DNA from: Octopus sinensis
Lineage: Eukaryota
Length of the DNA stretch: 64,000 nt
Direction: 5' to 3'
NCBI RefSeq assembly: GCF_006345805.1
Contig: NW_021835956.1
Coordinates: 106,372 to 170,371, forward strand
Made by a program: the position numbers and the translations under genes
Notes under the pieces: generated by a model
The model's database searches: none
Told to the model about the DNA's origin: nothing
Seen by the model: only the letters and a program-made list of their open reading frames with translations
Part shown: positions 25,241 through 37,109 of the stretch, piece by piece
How the letters are laid out: every line of letters starts with the position of its first letter
How positions within the stretch are numbered: the first letter of the stretch is position 1

Positions 25241-25990
25241 AATAAAAACATAATATATATACATACATATATATATATACATACATAGTTGAAAAAAGGT
25301 TAGAGAGCTATACAAATCAAATATTTATATATAAAAGATTCAAGTGGAAATAGCACAGAAGTAACTCTAAGACATTTCAATTTAAGAGAGAATTTAATAA
25401 AAAAAATTATATAAAGAAAATAATACCAGTTTCAATGTATCTCATCTTATCAAATAACAGTAAAAATTTATAAAAATTTGAAGTAAAAACTGTTTATCTT
25501 CTGTCTGGGGTTCAAGAAGATGAAATGCATCAAAACTGGCAATATTTTCTTTATATAATTTTTTTATTAAATTCCCTCTTGCATTGAAAAGTTTTAAACT
25601 TACTTCTGTGCTATTTCCACCTCCATTTTTTAATATATATTATAAGTGTGATGTATACATATGTATGCACAAACGTATATATATATATATATATATGTAT
25701 ATTATTACAACAGATAATATATATATATATATATTATATAGATATATATATATATACAGACATATATGTACACACCACACACATATGTATATATATATAC
25801 ATACATATGTGTGTGTGTGAGTGTATATTTCGTTGAATGTGTATGTGTATGTATAAACATATATGTGTACGTATAACACATATATATATTATACATATAT
25901 ATATATACATACATACATACATACATACATACATGCATACATACATACATACATACGTATGCACATAAACTATATATATATAGATACATA

Positions 25991-26402
25991 TACAAGGTGC
26001 ATTCAAAAAGCATCCAACTTTTTTTTCTCACCAAAAACTATGCTGCATGCTGAAATCCTTTGGGAGGAAGGTGGCACCACCTCCCTGCACATGAGTGAAA
26101 ATTTTCGCACCTGTAAGCTGCATTAGTTTAAAGTTGTTATACCTAGATTAGACATGGATAGTGCACACTGTTAGATTTTCATTTTGATTGAACTCATCAA
26201 GCAGAGATATGTATCAAGTTTTGCAAAGCTCAGTGATATCCAGCCTCAAAACATCCAGTAGATTCAGGCTTTTGGCAATAATGCCATGGGCAAAACTCAG
26301 ATCAAGGAGTGGTACAACTGCTTCATACATGGCTGACCCCAGTGGAGAGTCAGGCATGCTCAAGCAGGCAATCCACAACCCGAAACAGGAGGTGATTGAG
26401 GT
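25991..26402 (+). mobile_element. Mariner 5' remnant (left TIR plus HTH region)
   Basis: TA-CAAGGTGCATTCAAAAAGCATCCAACTT TIR. Decayed translation QRY.IKF.K....IQ.AFGNNAMGKTQIKEWYNCF.HG...ES..A.SRQST. A related TIR lies at about 35714. Confidence 0.7.
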
Positions 26403-26614
26403 TTGGTGTATACTCACATATATATGTATATTTATAGTGTGATATGTGTGACTATATATATATATATATATATATAAGTTCAGCAAAATTTAGATCAAAT
26501 GAATATGGTACTTAAGTCAGATGCACCAGAATTTTGTACAGTATTATCCATATAAATCCATAGGGTGATTATAATCAAAGTAAGCAACAAGAATATCTTG
26601 TTGCTTACTTTGAT

Positions 26615-26700
<86 letters not shown>

Positions 26701-26754
26701 GTGTGTGTATGTATGTATTGTGTATTTATATATTGTATTTATATATATATGTAT

Positions 26755-29654
26755 ACCCTCACAGGCAAAGGACAGAGGTACAAGATTTTCTGGGCTGGGA
26801 ATACTGACGGAGTCGGGGGTGTGGGCATGCTTATCGCCGAAAAATGGGTAGATAAGGTAATCGAGGTAGTCAGAGTAAGTGACAGAATAATTAAGATTAG
26901 ATTAGTGCTCCACCATAGTTTAGCAACTATTATATCGGCCTATGCCCCTCAGCCAGGGCTACCTGATGGACAGAAAGACTGTTTCTATGACACCCTACTG
27001 CAGACCACATCATTGACGAACGACAGAGACCTTCTCTTTGTGGCTGGTGACTTCAATGGGCATGTTGGACGACGTGCTGGGGGCTTCCATGGCGTGCATG
27101 GAGGCTACGGTTATGGTTCCCGCAACGAGGAGGGAACCAGGCTGCTGGAGTTCTGCGATGCGAATAGTCTTATGATTTGCAACACTAACTTCAGGAAACC
27201 GACAAGCCACCTGGTCACCTACCGATCGGGCCGGCATACTAGCCAAATCGACTACATCCTTGCCAGAAAAAGGGAAAGATGGCTGCTTATAAATGCCAAA
27301 ACCTTCCCAAGTGAAGAATGCACCCCACAACATAGACTGGTAGTTAGTGACTTTAGGATCAGGACTAAGAGGGCGACTAGAAGACGACCAACATGGAGAA
27401 GAAGGGTCTGGAAGCTTAAAGACCCTGCGAATGGACAGAGATTAGAGATATGTTATTTGAAGCTTTAGACGAAATGGAAGGGAGTATAGCTACGCATGGG
27501 GTAGAAGACAACTGGACGCTTCTGAGGGACAACCTGCTGAAAGCCGCTGACCAGATCTGTGGCTGGTGCAAAGTCCCCTTAAGACCCAAAATAACGTGGT
27601 GGTGGAACAATATTGTTGACAGGGCTATTAGACAAAAGAAACAGGCTTGGAAGGCCTGGAAGAACGGTGGTAGCAGGGAAGTGTATCAGTCTGCCAGAAG
27701 GGAAGCCAGGAGACAGGTCTATCTAGCCAGAGGGGAAGCAGAGAAGGAAAAATTTGCCAATGTCCTGCGTCGTGAGGATGAAAGACTTGAGGTATTTCGT
27801 GTTGCAAGACAGTGTGTGAGAGAGAATCGTGACGTGGTAGGAGAGAAATGTGTTCGCAAGGAGGACGGTTCACTTGCACTTAATGAGGGTGCAAAGAGAG
27901 AGACTTGGAGACGCCACTATGATAGGTTGCTGAATGAAGAAAATGAATGGGATAAAGAGAGTCTGCCGAATGTCGACCCAACAGAGGGACCAGCAATCCG
28001 AGTTAACAGTTCCTTAGTAGATAAGGCAATTAGAAGCATGAAAACAGGGAAAGCCCCAGGCCCATCAGGAATTACTGCAGAGATGCTCAAAATATCTGGT
28101 GGTGTCGGCTATAGCTTAGTCACCCGTATAGTTAACCAGGTGATACACGAGGGGGTCATACCCAATGACTGGTGTAGCAGCATAATAGTCAACTGCTACA
28201 AAGGTAAAGGCGACGCCCTAGAGACAAATAACTACAGGGGCATCAAGCTGCTGGATCAGGTAATGAAGGTTACGGAGAGGGTTGTAGCCCAACTAATTAG
28301 AGAGAGAGTTACCTTAGATGATATGCAGTTTGGGTTCGTGCCAGGGAAAAGTACTACTGATGCTATATTCCTGGTAAGACAGCTGCAGGAGAAATACCTA
28401 GCCAAAGATAAGCCCTTGTACCTGGCTTTTGTTGACTTGGAGAAAGCCTTTGACAGGGTCCCCCGGTCCCTTATCTGGTGGTCAATGAGGAAACTAGGGA
28501 TAGAAGAATGGTTGGTGAGAGCTGTGCAAGCCATGTACAGAGACGCTGCTAGTAAGGTGAGGGTGGGCAACGAGTACAGTGAAGAATTCCGGTAGAGGTT
28601 GGGGTCCACCAAGGTTCAGTCCTCAGTCCCCTCCTATTTATCATAGTCCTCCAGGCAATAACGGAGGAATTCAAGACAGGTTGCCCCTGGGAGCTCCTCT
28701 ATGCTGATGACCTTGCTCTAATTGCTGAGTCACTATCAGAACTGGAGGAGAAGTTCCAGGTGTGGAAACAAGGATTAGAATCGAAGGGCCTTAGAATCAA
28801 CCTAGCCAAAACCAAAGTTCTAATAAGTAGGAAGGTAGATCAATCACAAACGCCTTCAGGTAGATGGCCCTGCTCGATCTGTAAAAAAAGGTGTAGGTAG
28901 AAACTCTATAAGATGCACCAAGTGTAAGCTATGGACACATAAGAGGTGCAGCAATGTCAAAGGAAGGCTAACTAGGAAAATAGTTTTTGTCTGTGGCAAA
29001 TGCTCAGGAGCAATAAACACTGGAAATATGCAGAGACCAACTTCTGCCACGTTCCAGGGAGACAAACTAGAAGTAGTTGATAGCTTCCGCTACCTAGGAG
29101 ACCAAGTCAGTAGCGGGGGTGGGTGTGCTGAAAGTGTAACTGCTAGAGTAAGAATAGCCTGGGCAAAGTTTAGAGAGCTCTTACCCCTGCTGGTGACAAA
29201 AGGCCTCTCGCTCAGAGTAAAAGGCAGACTGTATGATGCATGTGTACGTACAGCCATGCTACATGGTAGTGAAACATGGGCCGTGACTGCTGAGGATATG
29301 CGTAAGCTCGCAAGAAATGAAGCCAGTATGCTCCGATGGATGTGTAATGTCAGTGTTCATAATCGTCAGAGTGTAAGTTCCTTGAGAGAAAAGCTGAACC
29401 TAAGAAGCGTCAGTTGTGGCGTGCAAGAGAGACGGCTGCGCTGGTATGGTCATGTGACAAGAAAGGCTGAAGATAGTTGTGTGCAAAAGTGCTACACCCT
29501 AGCAGTGGAGGGAACCTGTGGAAGAGGTAGACCCAGGAAAACCTGGGACGAGGTGGTGAAGCACGACCTTCGAACTTTAGGTCTCACTAAGGAAATGTCT
29601 AGAGACCGAGACCTATGGAAGTATGCTGTGCATGAGAAGACCCGGCAAGACTAG
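26755..29654 (+). pseudogene. RTE ORF: AP endonuclease, reverse transcriptase with internal PHD finger (3 frameshifts, N-terminus missing)
   Basis: EN motifs SAYAPQ, GDFNGHVG, NTNF.K, SQIDYIL, PQHRLV. RT motifs KAPGPSG, NYRGIKLL, QFGF, FVDLEKAFDRV, GVHQGSVLSP, YADD (28700-28711), FRYLG. Frameshifts at about 27443, 28592 and 28883-28889; no other stops seen. Confidence 0.95.
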
Positions 29655-29683
29655 TCAGGCCATAACCCGTGGCCCCGACCTGG

Positions 29684-31195
29684 GACGTAGTCAGTCCTGT
29701 GCATACCTTCCTTCTTGTGACACTTATGAAGACCTGTTGAGGCAAGTGAAAATCAAATCAAATCAAAACAAATCAAAATAGATGAACATCAGTGGAATTG
29801 TATTCTTTGTGGTACCAGTGCCGGTGGCACACAAGAAAACCACCCAAACGTGGCCGTAACCAGTACCGCATCGACTGGCCTCCGTGCTGTGGGCACAACA
29901 AACACCATCCGATCGTGGCCGTTCGCCAGCCTCATCTGGCACCTGTGCCGGTGGCACATAAAGACACCATCCGAAGACCCGGCGACGTAGTCAGTCCACC
30001 TGTGCATACCTTCCCTCTTATGACACTTGTGAAGACCTGTTGAGGCAAGTGTGTGACACTTGTGAAGACCTGTTGAGGCAAGTGAAAATCAAATCAAAAT
30101 CAAATCAAACCAAATCAAAATAGATGAATATCAATGGAATTTGTATCTTTGTGGTTCCAGTACCGGTGGCACACAAGAAAACCATCCGAAGTGGCCGTAG
30201 CTGGTACCGCATCGACTGGCCTCCGTGCTGTGGGCACAACAAACACCATCTGATCGTGGCCGTTCGCCAGCCTCACCTGGCACCTGTGTCGGTGGCACAT
30301 AAAAACACCATCCAAAGACCCGGCGACGTAGTCAGTCCACCTGTGCATACCTTCCCTCTTATGACACTTGTGAAGACCTGTTGAGGCAGAGGCAAGTGTG
30401 TGACACTTTGTGAAGACCTGTTGAGGCAGAGGCAAGTGTGTGACACTTGTGGAGACCTGTTGAGGCAAGTGTGTGACACGCGTGACACTTGTGAAGACCT
30501 GTTGAGGCAAGTGAAAATCAAACCAAATCAAAATAGATGAACATCAATGGAATTTGTATCTTTGTGGTTCCAGTACCGGTGGCACACAAGAAAACCATCC
30601 GATCGTGGCCGTTCGCCAGCCACATCTGGCACCTGTGTCGGTGGCACATAAAGACACCATCCGAAGACCCGGCGACGTAGACAGTCCACCTGTGCATACC
30701 TTCCTTCTTGTGACACTTGTGAAGACCTGTTGAGGCAAGTGACACTTGTGAAGACCTGTTGAGGCAAGTGAAAATCAAATCAAATCAAAACAAATCAAAA
30801 TAGATGAACATAAATGGAATTTGTATCTTTGTGGTACCAGTGCCGGTGGCACACAAGAAAATCATCCGAACGTGGCCGTAGCCAGTACCGCATAGACTGG
30901 CCTCCGTGCTTTGGGGACGTAACAAACACCATCCGATCGTGGCCGTCCGCCAGCCTCATCTGGCACCTGTGTCGGTGGCACATAAAAACACCATCCGAGC
31001 GTGGCCGTCTGCCAGCCTCGTCTGGCACCTGCCAGCCTCATCTGGCACCTGTGTCGGTGGCACATAAAAACACCATCCGAGCGTGGCCGTCTGCCAGCCT
31101 CGTCTGGCACCTGTGTCGGTGGCACATAAAAACACCATCCGAGCGTGGCCGTTCGCCAGCCTCGTCTGGCACCTGTGTCGGTGGCACATAAAATC
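29684..31195 (+). repeat. Higher-order tandem array in the LINE 3'UTR
   Basis: Four 300-350-bp units starting at 29684, 29984, 30325 and 30674, with nested ~30-bp and ~62-bp sub-repeats. Confidence 0.9.
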
Positions 31196-31792
31196 ACCCA
31201 CTACACTCTCGGAGTGGTTGGCGTTAGGAAGGGCATCCAGCTGTAGAAACACTGCCAGATCTGACTGGCCTGGTGCAGCCTTCGGGCTCCCCAGACCCCA
31301 GTTGAACCGTCCAACCCATGCTAGCATGGAAAACGGACGCTAAATGATGATGATGATGATGATGATGATATGCTAGGCCTAACTCATTGTAAAGCAAATA
31401 CCACCATGAGTGATATCCAGATTACAGTGGAGAAAGCAAGCCACTGGATTTGGTAAAAAAATGAGACGATGAGCAATGGCTTGAAGAATATTGAGCAAAA
31501 CTTAATAACCAGTTGAAATAATTGGCAGAGCCTCATTTCAGTGAGGGAGGCCGATGCACAATGAGGCCATTGAGAGGAAGGCCCCAAAATGGTGTACATT
31601 CTCTGCTGATGATTCCATTAACTTGTTATCATCTGTTAGTTTTCAAAAAATCTAGAAAAATCTATACATATGTATAAATATACATATATATATATATATA
31701 GAGAGGGAGAGGTTATGAGAGGTAATGGTGTCAGTGAGACCCAAATGCTGAGTAAGTGCTATGGATAGACCATAGTTAAGTTCTAGGTTTGT

Positions 31793-32115
31793 TGATTATG
31801 CGTCATTTGACTTTAGCCATGCTGGAGCACTGCCTTTAGTCGAACAAATTGACCCCAGGACTTTTCTTTGCAAGCTGCTATGTATTCTATCAGTACCTTT
31901 CGCTGAACCACTACGTTTTGGAGACATAAACACACCAACAACAGTTGTCAAGCAACGGTGGGGTGACAAACACAGACACACAAATATTATAATGGGCTTT
32001 ACAAAGCTTTGGTCAACCCGAGACTATAGTAGAAGACACTTGCTCAAGGTGCCACACAGTGGGACTGAACTTGGAACCATGTGGCTGGGAAGCAAGCTTC
32101 TTACCACACAGCTGC
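31793..32115 (-). mobile_element. SINE family A
   Basis: Reverse complement of family A head and tail. Confidence 0.8.
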
Positions 32116-33049
32116 TCTTTATATAAACACTACCATATGTGGGTATATATTAATAAATATATACATATTTACACATAAATATGTGTGTGCATATGTGTAC
32201 GTATATATATAATCAAGGAAACTACAAGGAATCTTGTGTAATGCTGCATTGGCAAGATTTGAAAAAGTACAGGTAAAATTTAAAGGGGTACATTGAACTT
32301 GCTGTGAGGAGTAGAATAGCCAATGTTTTAGATGTAATCCTTCATCGGGGAGTAGAGGAAAAGTGAAGTTGAAGAATGACAGAGTTCTACATCTCAGTCA
32401 TTAGTTGCAGCCAGATTTTCAAGCCGAGATGTAAAACTGTTCATCTTTCTTTAACTTATATTTTTCTCTACTCTCTGATGAAGGATTACATCCAAAACAT
32501 TGGCTATTCTATTCCTCAGAGCAAGTTCACTGTACCCATTTCACAATATATATATATATACTACATGTACAGGGAACTCTGTCTATGGGTGTGTTTGTTT
32601 GCGGAGTTGTTAGCTAACTCTGCCTACATTGTTTTATCAATTTGATGACACTTGATACGTGAGTAGAAATCATGTCTGGAAACCTCATGGCATACTCAGA
32701 TTGTTGAAAAATCGATAATAGGGCCCTGGAAGGGATCTTTATGCATAACTAATATATTTTAACACCCAAGGGAAATAACCCATTCAGTTTCCTATATTAT
32801 TTGCTATAAATCAAATTGAGTATGATTATTTCTTAGTATTTGAACTGTTAGAGTTATTTTCGCAATTTATCCTGTACAACCCTTAAACAAGTAAATAGTA
32901 TTTTCCTAAATAATAGATCCACTTATTTTAGTTGGTGACTTATTCCCAAATGTACCATGAATGATGATAGCTTTCATGTCACTTCAGCCAATTCACAAGT
33001 GCTGCATGAAAACTGTTCTGCTTTTAGACAAATGTACTGTCAACACAAA

Positions 33050-33998
33050 GGTCACAACCAGTTTACATGTAGGAACACCTTAAAATCTATCTTCCTGTAC
33101 ATCTTGAAAATGGCCAGTGTGTATATTTCACAGAAGACAATGCTCAAAATGTAGTTCTGAATCCATAAAAACCCACTTTGACAGCTTTCTTCAAATCATG
33201 CTAATGTGATGTGTTTGCCCTAATACTGCTGTATGTAGAGGTCCCCGTGTGCTATACCTGGGCACACAATAGATGGAACACACGCAAGCAAGGAACAGGC
33301 TTTGAGGGCTGGGAAGAAGATGCTGTCTTCTGGAGAGGGGCCATCAGGCAGGTGTACACTGTGCACCCTAATCAGCAGGAGTGCTTCTTTCTGCACCTAT
33401 TACTATACACTGTCAGAGGTCCTACATCACTCACAGACTTTCAAAAACACAATGGGAAGTCTGCACGACCAATAGAGAAGCCTGCGCCAAACATGGTCTA
33501 CTGGAGGACGATGCTCACTGGGACCAGACACTGGAGGAAGCAGCAGTCAGTGCAGCATTAAGTCAACTGTGCCAGCTATTTTCTATCATGTTGATGACAT
33601 GTGGTTTTCATGAACCTCACAAGCTCATGAAACCAGCATACTAGAGGACATCTAGAAAGGATTCAAACAAAAACCTCAACGGAAATTACCACGTTCAATA
33701 ATGCATTTTACAATGAGGCATTACTTGACCTGGACACCCGAGTGCAAGTTATAGGAGGTCAAGGCAATTCCACATTTGGTTATTACAAAACTGACTTCAC
33801 AATTTGGGTATTCATAATTTATTGGGAATTCCTAAAAACAAAATCCTGTATAACACAGTTCGGTATTCTCTGTAAATGCACAAAATCCGATTTAAGGGCT
33901 ACATTCTTTGTATTGTTGTTATTGGATTAGCGAAACAATTATGAGAATGGAACCAAGGGATAAGGCCCACTTTTCCGGGAATTACTGGGTACGTCAGC
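33050..33998 (+). mobile_element. Helitron Rep-helicase remnant with possible degenerate 3' end
   Basis: LPVHLENGQ.VYFTEDNA...TLTAFF...LLYVEVP..YTW..NRW..RKQG...VYTVHPNQQECFFLHLLL..VRGPTS...TNREACAKHGLLEDDAHWDQTLEEAA...QLCQLFSIML. Terminus-like CCGGGAATTACTGGGTACGTCAGCTT at about 33973-33998. Confidence 0.85.
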
Positions 33999-34083
33999 TT
34001 CATCATCATCATCATCATCGTTTGTATATATATATTATGTATATGTATGTGTGTGTATGTGTGTGTTTGTGTGTATGTATGTA

Positions 34084-34171
<88 letters not shown>

Positions 34172-34214
34172 GAGAGAGATATGTATATACATATGTAAGT
34201 ATATGTATATGTAC

Positions 34215-34365
34215 GTTAGAAAGGGCATCCAGCCGTAGAAACATTACCAGATCAGACTGGGTCTGGTGCAGCGTTCTGGCTTCCCAAACCCCAGTTGAAC
34301 CGTCCAACCCATGCTAGCATGGAAAACGGACGCTAAATGATGATGACGATGATGATGATGATGAT
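34215..34365 (+). mobile_element. RTE 3'-tail copy
   Basis: CGTTAGAAAGGGCATCCAGCCGTAGAAAC...GGACGCTAAATGATG. Confidence 0.85.
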
Positions 34366-34618
34366 GTACAGATGAAAACAAATAATACTAATTTTGATTT
34401 ATTTTTATGAGTACACATATATGCAAACACTCTCAAATTTATATATACTTATTTGAGGACATATATTAATGTACATGCCAGTGAAAGGTTATTCATACGC
34501 TACCCATATTATCTGCTTGTATATGTCTGTTTGCAAGTTTACAAAAATCAATCCATACATTTTCTGTGTTTGTATAGACTTACATACATATATATATACA
34601 CGTCATTTATATATATAA

Positions 34619-34652
<34 letters not shown>

Positions 34653-35130
34653 TCATATGTATGTATGCATGTATGTATGTATGTATACATATACGTACAC
34701 ACATGCACATATATATACATATATATATATCTTTATCATCATCATTATCATCATCATCATCGTTTAATGTCCATTTTCCATACTATGCACACACACACAC
34801 ACATACACACACTTAAAATCTATAGATTTATGTTTATACACAAACATATAAAAGCAGATAAAAACATACAAATGAAAACAGATGAAAATATATGCATTCA
34901 TTAGAAATATATATTGATATCCAAATGTATTTAATAGTTTCTCAAATACTGCCAAAATTTTCCACAAAATGTACTCTACTTCTAATACATTATACAAAAA
35001 TTCTGTCAATTTTAAAATCCCTATTTGATTTATAGCTTTGTATTTAAGACTATCGTTTAAAAACATGCCATATGCTTTAGAAAATAATATTCTGTTAAAG
35101 TTTATTCCTCACAGTATGTGATATTAATGC

Positions 35131-35169
<39 letters not shown>

Positions 35170-35649
35170 GTGATATCATATACTTGAAATATAATGTATA
35201 TATGTGTTGAGTATACCCTCATCTCTGCTTCTTCCTTCTTTGTTATCTATTTAATTAAAGAAATACCAGTGAAAACCACAAGTTTCCCATTCGTATTGTT
35301 ATTATATCCATTTTCTTCACACACACACACATATATAATATATAGATTAGAGAAAAACCACTATCATGCAATTCAAACAATGATAGACATAAACCAAATC
35401 ATAAATGAAAAATAAAATATATTTTAAAACATATAACTAGATCAGAAAAAGTACAAAAATGAATAAACAATATATAATAAGTGAACAATATATAAGTGAA
35501 AAATGAATAAACAATTATGATATGTGGTTTGTGCCTGAAGAATATGTTTGGTATTTCTCAAAATATGAAACTGTTAGTAGTGCTTTAATACATGTATTGT
35601 GCTCTTTAAATAAATAATATTCATCTCTGGATATGTATGTATGAATATG

Positions 35650-35685
<36 letters not shown>

Positions 35686-36876
35686 TGTATGTATGTATGT
35701 ATGTATGTATGTACATACAATGTGTGTTCAAAAGTATCCAACTTTATTCTTTTTGCCACCCCAGTGAATGTCATGTTGGCAAAATCCTCTGGATGGGAGA
35801 TGATGCCACCCATCCTGCACATGCTTTGCACTGTAGGCCACATTAGTTCCAAACTGTGGAGGAATTACAACCGTGTTTTGTGGTCTGCTACCACAACAGC
35901 TCCTTTATAGGATCCAGTTAGCTCAAGACATCATCAGGAGGAACCACATCCGTTTCGGCCCCTACTCCTGTACCGTTTTGATGTGGCAGGGCGCCCCCCC
36001 TTTCGGAGGTGTCTTCAGCTCTGGTGTTGGGTGCATGTCTTCTTTCTTCTTTCTTCTGTTCCCTGCCTCTTCGATGTATTGTCAGTGAGTGTCAGCCGGT
36101 GACTGACTGTCTTGTCAAATTTCTCCCTTTAAATACATGCCGCTTAGGCTCCAGCAGGTAGCCCCAGCAAGTTGTACCTAGAGTACAGATGTGTAGTAGA
36201 TGCTCATCAACTTTTGTTTGATACAAGAACTCCAAATACATCAGAGACCATAAATTTATGCCTCATATATATTCTAAGCCATTTGTTGCTACCATAATAA
36301 TTTTTTGTGTTTACTGACATACCAACATACATCGTTACCACTCAACCAGTCCATATTTTTACATAAAACTACGGTTTCATATAGGCTACTTATTATTCTT
36401 CTGATACAGACATGCATACATATATATAAATGTGTGAGTGTGTATTATTGTATTGTTGTATTTCGGGATGGTTATTTTATTAATTTTTTTTTTTCTGACA
36501 AATATACACATGCATTATATGTTCATTCTTCACTCATTTATTATTGTTCTTATTTTAACTCAGGTCCATTGTCAGCCAGAAATCTTTTGTCACACATCTG
36601 TGACCTCTTCAACAACACTTTCCATCCTTCGTGTGTGCTCCTGCTTACAATAGACTAAGCGGAGCAGGAGCATACATGAGGACAGAAAGTATCACTGAAG
36701 AGGTCACAAATGCGTAATGAAAGATTGCCAGACAATGGACATGAGTTAATATATGAACAGTAATGAATGAGTGAAGAGCAAATGTATACTGCATGTGTTT
36801 ATTTGGCAAAAAAAAAAAATTACCTTCCTGAAATGCAACATTAGTCTAAACACATGGTTTCAAACACACACACACC

Positions 36877-36919
<43 letters not shown>

Positions 36920-37109
36920 TGATGGGTTGATAGTCGCCATTTTATATTCTTTATATCATGCATGCCCTTTGTTTTTGATTTTATCAACAACACAGTATAG
37001 AAGGGTCAGCTAGGAACTGTCTGTGAGAAAATCAGCACCATAATGCAATTCACTCTGCCAGAAATTTGGAAACCACATCCTTGGTTAAGTGTAAACCACT
37101 CTTCAAGGT

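Larger units (their letters stand above)
26755..31369 (+). mobile_element. Young 5'-truncated RTE-clade LINE with a tandemly expanded 3'UTR and (GAT)n tail
   Basis: The ORF region runs 26755-29654, the 3'UTR array 29684-31195, and the terminal segment is shared with about 10 short copies in the window. Confidence 0.95.

Noticed and set aside
9965-26034. Numerous [12 protein letters not shown] ORFs here and elsewhere (e.g. 34.0-35.9, 41.6-42.2, 47.5-48.1, 50.8-51.3 kb)
   Set aside because: Translations of (TA)n, (TG)n and (CATA)n microsatellites.
29718-29756. Hammerhead-like CTGTTGA...GTGAAA in the 30-bp sub-repeat
   Set aside because: A6 is replaced, stem II cannot pair and there is no stem III or cleavage triplet.
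29684-31195. CRISPR-like look of the ~30-bp repeats
   Set aside because: Repeats abut or are separated by repeated, not unique, sequence. The array is a LINE 3'UTR in a eukaryote and there are no cas genes.
29763-31343. Multiple 60-140 aa ORFs on both strands
   Set aside because: By-products of the GC-rich tandem 3'UTR; repetitive peptides with no domain signal.
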